This document shows, piece by piece, positions 54,235-64,000 of a DNA stretch of 64,000 bases. The DNA comes from Chrysomallon squamiferum (lineage: Eukaryota; Animalia; Mollusca), in the NCBI GenBank assembly GCA_012295275.1, contig CM022670.1, positions 14,818,001 through 14,882,000 on the forward strand, read 5' to 3'. How positions within the stretch are numbered: position 1 is the first letter of the stretch; the number at the start of each line of letters is the position of its first letter. The notes under the pieces were generated by a model that was given only the letters and a program-made list of their open reading frames with translations, searched no databases and was not told the origin of the DNA. A program made the translations under genes and the position numbers.

Positions 54235-55919
54235 TAATAGAATTAAAATAAAACAAATTAAATATATATAATAATAAAAATAATAGAGAAAATGAAAGGA
54301 TTTGAGGTGTAATGTTTCGTTCAGCTTACCCACAGGAACCATCTGGAAGAATTTCCCAGGCGAACTGATGGCTGTCGCGTTCTGGGCAACAAGGCAGTCT
54401 ACATCACTTGATGTCATGAACACCATCGTGTCGGTCTTTTCTATCGCCTGTCATAAAATTACAGTTATCAGCAGCAACTATGGAAGATGGTGGATGGAGG
54501 TGTCGAATGCTTGAAAATTTATCAAATTTCTTATTTGCTTTCTCATTAGTTTAACGCCATTACGTAACCAATAGAAATTTAAAAGTACAGTTCTTAGTAA
54601 TTATGATTTCAAAACTACTTACGAAGCATGCCGTTCTCTCAGGTATGTTTGTATCTCGTTTATACACAGACAGGTACGTAGTGGTTCCTTTTTCGATATG
54701 TCCAATACAATCCATTTGACCCAAAGCTAAAATAAATCATAATAATAAAAAAAAAAACAAACAAACAAACAACAACACAAAATAATTATAATAATATCTA
54801 AACGATCCATTTTCCGGAAACTGATGCTGCGGAATCTTTTTTAAATCGGATAATATTTTGAAACTTATTTAATTCATATGTAATGATTTTTAATTTAATG
54901 ATCTGATTTTATTAATTCAGCCCATACTACTAATAAACGTATTCCATTTATACTTACGTATTTCATCTAATCATAAATTTAAACATCTAACGATTGTTTA
55001 ACATTTCTAGCATAGTGCTATAGAGAGACTGAAGGTATATGTTTAATTGCTCATATATATTTTGTTGAATTTTATTATTATGTGACGTCTTTTGGTCTGA
55101 TAAAACTGATAATCTGGAAAGACTCTGGAACCAAGGCCTCCGGAAAATTGGTATTGTTTCGCAAATAATGTTTTTATCAGAATTATACAGTAATATATTC
55201 AACGTAACAACATTAGAATCTTGTAACATTGTTTTTAACTCTTATGGAAGTAACAAGCATCATTTACATGTACATTCCTTCTGATTTGAAAATACAGTGT
55301 TATAACAGTGCTGTTGTCGTAAACTAGACCGTACGAAAAGCGAAAAGAGTAACATCAATATCAAGATAATACATCAATAACACACACACACACAACTTGT
55401 GTATACGTATGTATGTATCTATATACATACATGTGTATATATAAGTATGTATGTAAATATGTAAGTATATATGTATATGTATATGTTTGTATATATGTAT
55501 GTATAAATGTATGTATGTGTGTATATGTAAGAGTGTATGTGTATGTGTGTGTGTGCGCGCGTGTGTGTGTAGAATTACTGTTAATAAATAAATAAATAAA
55601 GAGATGACGCACATAAAACATTCACTTACTGGAATAACCGACAACCTCGCTGCACATGGTGTAGTTAACGATGATACTCTTTCTGTCTACACACACGTCC
55701 AAGAGTGAATCCCCAGTACACTTTGTGCCGTCTATCGTGTAATTGTACGAGCCAAAGAGTATGGACGGACAGAGTATCGGAAGATCAGTGGCGCCTGTAA
55801 AACGCGATTTATAAAGTAATATTTGTATGTTTCTTAAATTGCACGCACACACACACACACACACACATCTCAAGGATGGATTATGGGGAGTTTCCCACGT
55901 GACGGAACCACCTTGACTT

Positions 55920-55950
<31 letters not shown>

Positions 55951-55995
55951 TAATAATTGATGTCGACATATGGGTACCCCTTCATACTGAACTTA

Positions 55996-56082
<87 letters not shown>

Positions 56083-57323
56083 CCCATTTATATATATATA
56101 TGGGAATTTTTGAAAAATAATATCTGGATATATGAAGGTTGAACTATTACTAGGCTATTTTCAGATATTGATTCAAATTGCAGTATTATTTAACTGTTTG
56201 CTGTATACCTAACATTTAGGAAGACGAGGAAAAAATAAATTAATATAAAACACTACACTGGACCCATTCAACAGGAACTTTAATTCCAAAATCCAGATTC
56301 TACCTTATATATTAACCTTAGATATTAACAGGAAAAAAAGCTATTGTACAATAGCTATTAACATATAAACCACTTTATCATGTACAGTAACGGCCCAAAC
56401 ACTAGAATGGAACTAAATATTTTAACCATTGTAAAAACTTAAGTCGCCTCTGTGGCTCCTTCGGAATTAGGATCCCTGAACCTTAGTTTCATACTAGATC
56501 CGCTTCTGTCTGCATAAGTTACAATGATCAGATGCTCCCTATTTTATATTTATTTTGTATTGTTATACTTCGTTTTTATTTAAAACTGAACAACAAAAGA
56601 AAGAAAACTACTTGACATGGAGTATACTTAGACTGTTCTTCGTAATATTACCATTACATTTTAAATTGTTCAGGATTTGGTACATGTTAATGTGTTAGAC
56701 ACATCCACATTCAAATACATAAATTAAAATAACCAACATGAAATTATTTACTAAAAATGATATTTAATGCAAATACAGTTTTGAAAAAAAAATTCTGAAA
56801 TAAGCAAGGGTAGCTTCATTATCATTCCTGGAATAGTATGCAATAAACTGTTATTAGATTTAACATATTTATCTTCAGTCTTAGCTATAAGACACCAGTC
56901 TAAGCAAAATGCTGTATGGTTTTATTAATTTCGTATTAATTAATCAAGACGTAAACACTGTATTAGTAAAAAATATTTTAAGTTAGATAATACATACATT
57001 CTGAATGGAATGTTTTAAACGTTGACGTTATTAGATAAACGTGTATAATTTAATTTTGATTTTTTTTTTTTTTTTTTTTATAACCTGAATGAGCTGATGC
57101 AAATGATGAAATGAAAAGGATTACACAGTTTTGTGACAAATGTACAATACCTGTTTTAATCAGGGTGGTGTACGGAACTTCGTCAGTTGTTTTATTACAC
57201 GCATTTTCTACACCGTAGGTCTCAGTTTGCCGAAAATCAATAATTTCCTGACCTGGAACGACTGAAAACAAATTTGACTTTCAAACTTTAATTATAGCAA
57301 AAATTAATTATTGTAATGGTTGA

Positions 57324-57404
<81 letters not shown>

Positions 57405-57886
57405 ATGTAGGCATGTATGTATGATGCATATACGCATGTATATAAAGCATTTTAAAACGTTTAATTAATTATTATTTTTTTGCTTTATATAGTTACTTTT
57501 TTTCTCTCGTTTTTTTTCTTTTTATTATTATTATTTTCATATTATTAATAAAAAAAAAACAACAACAAAACAACAACACCTGTGAGAATATGCAGAAAAT
57601 AGATGTTATTGCTCTTCTTCTGTAACTCGAAACATAATACAGCGTAAAGGGCCAACGAGTTCTGTTCGAATGGAGTTCTGAAATGTAAATACCTAGTTGT
57701 TAATTTAACGTTCCAGCATTCATTTGTACTAGTCAAACTGTAATAAATAAATAAATAAATATATAATAAAAAAATGTTTATAAAAAAGAAAATAAATAAA
57801 TAAATAGAACATAATATAATATAATATAATATAATATAATATAATATAATATAATATAATATAATATAATAAAAATAATAAAAAAA

Positions 57887-57921
<35 letters not shown>

Positions 57922-58695
57922 ATAGAATAGAATAGAATAGAATTAAATAAAATAAATAAATAAAACTTGGCCAGATATTCCTACTATCTACTACAGTTTA
58001 GTTGATTTTTTTCATACTTTATGCCTTGTAATAGTCCAGTGTTTTTCTTTTCTTCTTCTTCTTCTTTAAATTTTATTTATTGTTTAATGGGATAAAGAAA
58101 ATTAATTTGGTTTCACGCCACGTAAAGAATGACAACTTACCTAATCACATATTTTGATCCAGAAATAAAATCACAGTCAAACTGGTCCATTATTATTCCT
58201 GTGTGGTTGATGTTTAGCCCTGACACGTAAGAACTGCTAAATGTCAGTGTTTTGAGGTCACTGCCTCTGGTCCATGAACCCAACAAGTCGTCAGGGAATG
58301 TACATACTCCATCTAAAAAACAAAATTAAAAAAAAATTAAAAATAATTTTACCTTATAAATTATGCTGTCGTGCGGATCAATTTCAAATGTTAATCGTAA
58401 AATTAATTTATTATATATTAAAAGATTTTAAAACTGACATTGATCTACAATTATTACTGATGAAAGCTTCAGTTATATTTATTTCTTTTATTTTTCATTT
58501 ATATATTTCACTCGAAATTTGTATTGAAATTCTGTCATGATACATCTTTTCGTATAGAGAAATGTAATACAAAGATGTTAAAAACAATACTCATCAAAAG
58601 TAAAATACACATCGATGCTTACCTGAAAGATCTCCAAGAAAAGCCACAGTGATGTAAAGAAATATGTAAAATTTTGATATCTCGTTAAATTTCAT
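52011..58695 (-). CDS. Uncharacterised 377-aa Cys-rich type I single-pass membrane protein (signal peptide, two beta-rich Cys domains, TM helix, short low-complexity tail)
   Basis: Ten phase-compatible GT-AG exons on the minus strand: 58695-58623 (MKFNEISKFYIFLYITVAFLGDLS), 58312-58141 (GVCTFPDDLLGSW...), 57677-57580, 57261-57151, 55794-55630 (LCPSILFGSYNY...), 54726-54623, 54447-54330, 53846-53838, 53237-53106 (TM VIIVVVVLLIIVLGVAVAVTAYLLL then RKRSRR), 52162-52011 (TGA). Total 1134 nt with an open frame. Confidence 0.88.
56002..56080. repeat. (CT)n microsatellite
   Basis: Perfect CT run. A second one lies at about 57330-57400, and (ATAAT)n/(AAAT)n runs lie at about 57812-57960. Confidence 0.9.
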
Positions 58696-60368
58696 GGTTG
58701 AAGTAAAGAAAATGAACTAGAATTTCGCATTACTTTCTGAGTTCTACATTCCCGCATTGTATATTGGCTTTAGAAATAACAGGATCACCATGGCGCGGTG
58801 TACAATGGTATAACGTTTTTGTGTGGACGCACTTTATCTTTTGTGTAACCAAACAAAGTCTGCTAAGAAAGTACTTTCAAAGTGTCCTGACGAAAACAAA
58901 TTCTGGATTATTCACACAACATATAACGTCATATGTGAATGAGCCAGCGATTAGTCTTGAGAATTTAAAAAAAAGAAAGAAAAAGACTCATGAAGGGGCA
59001 TTCATTTTGGTTAATTACAGGTCATGTTCATTTTCCTCAACCTATTAATCATTTCAAAATGAAATCTGTTGTCATTTCTGTTACTTTCATATGCAGATTA
59101 CATTTCTTTTTTTTTTTTTTTTTTGCCACATCGGTTTCATATTATTCTGTGGTGTGTAGGGGCACGTTATAAAAACACGAAGATTCCATTAACTATAGTT
59201 AATCCAGTTATTCAAAGAGAAAGCTCAGCACTCCTGTGGTCGTTAACATAATATATCAAGAACAAGACAGCTTGTCGTACACACTGAAATTATACCCTGC
59301 TTCTGTTCAATACTCCAAATAATAGTTTCGCAATAGATTGACGTCATCATTATCATTTTAATGATTATATTTTTATTGATAAATGAATTAAGTATATCAC
59401 AAAACAGAGTATGTGATTGTTATGATACATAAAACAATCTCGGAATATTTTTATTTATTTAAATAAAATGAAATTACTGAAAATTTTATAACCATTTTTT
59501 TTTTAGTGCACTGCTCAGTTTTAAGAAGACAACGTAATTAATTATTCTTAATTTCATTATTTTTTTATTATTAAATTTTTACGATTTTTGGCTGGTTATT
59601 TGCAAAGTAAATAATGATAAAGAGATTTGCGAACCAAAGAACATACTAAAGAAAAAAAGATAAAAAAATAAGTGTCAAATTTCTTAAAGAACGTTTTATT
59701 CATTTATGATATAAAAATATTTCACAACGCAGTTAAAATGTTCGACAAGCAGGTTTTGTTAACTGTTCAGTTCAACGACTTGGCTCAAACCCTAGACAGT
59801 TTCAATGGTACTCAGCGGCTTTCAATGCTGAATGTTTTTATAATCTTTGTTATCAGCAGGATTATACTTTATTAATTCATAGTAAGTGTCATATCTGGGC
59901 CTGTTCATTGATTATAATACAAGTTCTAGACACCATTTTATCCCGCAAGCGTGGATCGAAGGTGACCCATTTCTCGACGAAGGCTTAATATATTATACTT
60001 AAAACACAAAATAAACAGTGAACATAAAGAACGAAGCTGTATCTAACAGATACAAATGAATGTTTTACTTCCAAAGCGGGATTAGTGTTCTGATACCTAT
60101 TATTATTGAAAAGAAGAAATAAATATAATGCTTATTCTACATACTTCTATGTTCTTTGCTTCTTTCTTCTTTTATTTTGGAGTCCAGTCTTAATTAATAA
60201 CGAAGTATTACAACAAAAGAGTAGCCTACATTGCAATACTAATGAGAAAAAAAATATAAAAAAAAGAAAAAAAGACACACGCCAAAAAAAACAAAAAAAA
60301 ACACACTACAAAACAACAGTTGAATATTGTTTGGTTCCCTTTTATTTATTTATTTATTTATTTATTTA

Positions 60369-60426
<58 letters not shown>

Positions 60427-62488
60427 TGTATTCGCAATAATCTATCGCACTTATTGCACTTCCATGTAATATCAAAGTCGAGCTAACAAATATGCCTGTT
60501 CATCTATTCTTCTCAGTCACGTAATCCTCTCCTGTCGACGTGGATAAAATAATCCTAAAAACATTTCCAGTTACGGTTTTGTGAGCGATCGAGGAAGCTA
60601 ATGTACAGATTACCGTTGAAAACTAAGAAAACTAAGCTATGGTTGTATTCATTAACACATTTCATAAAACAACTTCAGTTTTATTTAATAATTCATTTAT
60701 TTTAGATGGCAGGATTTGGTGGCCTTCGACATTAATAGATTCAGAAAAATGAGTTCTTGAAACATTATTTCTTTTTCAGTGTATGCTCGCACATGAACAC
60801 ACACAATGTTGTTTTCATTTTTTTATTTTTTATTTATTTTTTTAATCGCCTTTTAACAGATACAGACACAATCCTATACTAAAACCAATAATTTTACATG
60901 CCGCTTGCAAAATGATTTCGCTTGGTGTTCTCGTTTTGGCTAATTCACTTTAAACTCGGGTACTATACAATTCAGTAACGTTTTTTGCTTGTCAGTAGCT
61001 GCCAGCTTTCACCAAACGTGAACTGTTTATATCTTGGGTCAGTCGTGCTGCATTTTAACCAATCAAAAACAGTATGTGACGTTTACGTAATTATCAACAT
61101 TCACCTTTTGTTCGTTGTTTTTGATAGGTTTAAAATGTAACTTAATGGTCATTGTATATACCGAAGTTACTTAAAAAAAAACTGACAAGAAAGTGTTGTT
61201 GTCATGATATGATTAATGTTTTTTTTTTATTTTAGTTTTTAACCCAGGTTGCTGAACTAATAAACAAACATTCAGTCATTTTTGTTTTATAACTTAAATT
61301 GATATTATTAACTGTTAATATATACTTAAATTGTTTTGTAAACTATATTTTAATATGAAATGGGTGGATAATGGGTAGTAATTTGCAGCTAAGTGTTACA
61401 GAATTTCTATAACTTCAGTATAATCAAAACATTGATATATATATATAAAAATAATAAATAAATAAAACATTATAATTAAATGAATAAAAATGATTATTTT
61501 TAAAAATGAAGGCAAAAAATAGAGTAAAATAATATACATAAAAATAAATAATTAAAAAAATAATAAATATTTTGACAAAAACGAAGACAAAAAGGTTTTT
61601 GGTAACAATTTCTTGTATGAAATATTCTTGTTTTCTGCCATTAATGCTGCTGTCAAGGTAACTTCCTACACTAGTAGTTTTCCTAAGATTTGATGGCATA
61701 CAGCCAAGCTTTCAACATACAGCCCTGTCTTACAAATTCATTTTTCTCTTATTATAGGAAATTATATTAGTGGATTAGTTGTAAGAAGTCAGATAAAATA
61801 AGACATCTTGACAACAAGATAATCGTTGGCTGAGTCATAAATATCTTGACATATGAGGAATTTCAGTTATTACTCTAAATCTGCTACAGAATCTAAAATG
61901 TAAATAAAATTGTGCAATGTACAAAGTGCAGTAATCAAAATAAGGTTGACATTGAAAATTGTGGTGTAATAATAATGTCAGAGTTAATAAATTATGTTTG
62001 TCGAACTGTCATCTGGTATCTATATGTAATCACATTTCATGTAAAAACGATATGAACTTTTGTGTGCATTTATGGTTCTTGCCTGCATTTGATCACTTTC
62101 TAAATGTATCTTGTTTAGTAAAACTGTGTTTAATAATGTTTTCTGTCTTGTGTTTTAAATATTCATTGAGCAACTCACAATACCATTAGGAACACAGCCC
62201 TTTCAGATTTATTTGCCAGTGAAATTATACAGTGAAATAATTCATACAATGATATACAAACAGTCTTTCATAATATACAGATTAAACGTCACTTGTTCTT
62301 AAAGTATTATTGCTAATGCCTGTAAGATACAAAGAAATCAAAATGTACACAAGTTAATAATGATGTCTCTAAATGACAAATTATATGCAGCAAATATATT
62401 TTTTTGCAAGTGATATGGTATAAATGATTTCTAAAGCAATGTCTTGGTCATGGTGATATAAACACAAATATCAAAACACTATACATTA

Positions 62489-62631
62489 TCAATCTTTCTT
62501 AAAATCAGGCATAGGTTTAGAATCCTCATTCCAGGCCACATATATAAAACCGCCAAGAATTATATGCACCACAACAATTGAAACAATTGCTGCATAGAAA
62601 TAACTGCTGGTATTTGACAGTCCCAAAATAC
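62489..62631 (-). CDS. VMA21: Last coding exon of vacuolar ATPase assembly integral membrane protein VMA21 (upstream exons not identified, probably beyond the window end)
   Basis: The acceptor tttcag is followed by (G)ILGLSNTSSYFYAAIVSIVVVHIILGGFIYVAWNEDSKPMPDFKKD*. This matches the second TM segment of metazoan VMA21 (human YFYAAIVAVVAVHVVLALFVYVAWNE, recalled from memory). Confidence 0.9.
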
Positions 62632-64000
62632 CTGAAAGATAAAAAAAACAAAAAAACAAAACATTTTATAAGGATGTTTGTTATTTCATCTATCAACAAC
62701 TGTCATATGACTCTTTACTAAGTTTTCAGACATTACTGTTTTGTAGAACATAATTAGTTTAGTTTGACATCTTAGGAACAAAGAAATGGCTCTACACAGA
62801 AATGACCTGTACGTGTCAATAAAGACATCAAAGTAATCAGTCAGTAACAGTCTGAGGTATCTATGTTTTCATATTTCTCTCTTGCATTATTATGCTAAAC
62901 AGTGTCTCACAGTTGATGAAATGATGGGATGCTAGAGAAACCATGGAATAACCCTTCTTTTGATGTGTAATAACCACTGGCTAAAAAGTTTAGTATACCT
63001 AGTGTATTTTCAACAACGTAATAATAATAAAACCAATTCCTCATTTAACTGTGTTATTAACTTTTAATGGGTATTCCTTGTGAGATATTACAAATTACAA
63101 ATTTAAATTTGGTTTAGTTCTTTTTCATCATATCTGATACACCATACATCAAACAGTTTTAGAGTTACATCTGCAAATGTATAAAGGAGGTAACTTCTCT
63201 AAACCTGGAAGTTACTAGTCTATGGGTTGCAGGAAAAGAAAGGGCGAACAAATTTTGTTATTATTATTATTATTATTGTTGTTGTTGATGTAACACTTGG
63301 AACAAAACTTAAGACTACAATTTTAAAATGTCTATGTGTAATCAATCTTGCATGGTATACTTAATGTACTGACTCTTTGTCTGTCTGTTTATAAAGAAAC
63401 ACTCCATATGCAGTGGGATTTCCAGACTATTGGAGTAACTGATGTCTCACCATATATATATGTTTAAGAAAAACCACTATATTAAAAACACTATCAATAT
63501 AAGATATATTTAATAAAGGAAATTTTAAATTCTCAAAAAAATGACCACATTAAGTACATAAAAAACATAATATCAACTGCACCAGTTCACCTTGTAGGTT
63601 TAAAGGTTTCCTTTCTAGAATATGTTATATATATCCCACATAATGATAAATTAAAACAATGATAATAAAATACCACATTGTGGGTGCTTTTTTCTCAGCA
63701 TTTTCACCTTACATTTACTGCCATTATTGATGGTAACATTTTTTTCATACCATTTATAAAAAAATATATAATTACCTGAAATGAAATTTAATTTTAAATA
63801 TTGGATATTCTCCATTTGATAAGGTTTGTACCACTATTTACCCCTCACCCCCCCTACAAAATCATCCCAAAACACCCACATGCCCATCTGCCTTTCACCC
63901 CATAAAGCTCAATATTAAATCATTACCTTCAAAGACAAAGCTCTTGGAGAAAAAATAAGAAAAGATAGGACATGTCACCATTGCTAGACTGAAACCTATC

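Noticed and set aside
51994-54514. Plus-strand ORFs 51994-52179, 53183-53488 and 54302-54514
   Set aside because: They are antisense to exons of the minus-strand membrane-protein gene, whose splice signals and phases are coherent.
56440-56510. MITE-like end (tagatccgcttctg)
   Set aside because: No matching opposite terminus or target-site duplication was found.

Overview
AT-rich, microsatellite-rich, intron-containing animal genomic DNA. It is probably an invertebrate such as a mollusc (inference from gene content). Most ORFs in the supplied track are spurious translations of simple repeats, so the genes were rebuilt by hand from GT-AG exons. (1) Two closely related PLAT/lipoxygenase paralogs in convergent, inverted orientation, separated by a minisatellite and a 200-N gap. 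LOX-A (+) has coding exons 2-15 at 2900-15275. LOX-B (-) has coding exons 1-9 at 24435-16765, and its 3' exons are missing at the gap. (2) A ~12 kb tandem array of six degenerate 1-3 kb units (25085-37330). (3) A Sushi/GCC/calcium-binding-EGF multidomain gene carrying many disabling lesions (37370-47912, +). (4) An intact 10-exon, 377-aa Cys-rich single-pass membrane protein gene with a 9-nt micro-exon (58695-52011, -). (5) The last coding exon of VMA21 (-). The main observation is that the two near-identical LOX copies differ at the known specificity positions: Gly versus Ala at the Coffa-Brash stereo-determinant, the Borngraeber-1 and Sloane positions, and the alpha-2 lid region. By hand count there are 39 replacement versus 8 silent codon differences. 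This suggests a young duplicate pair that has split into R-type and S-type lipoxygenases.
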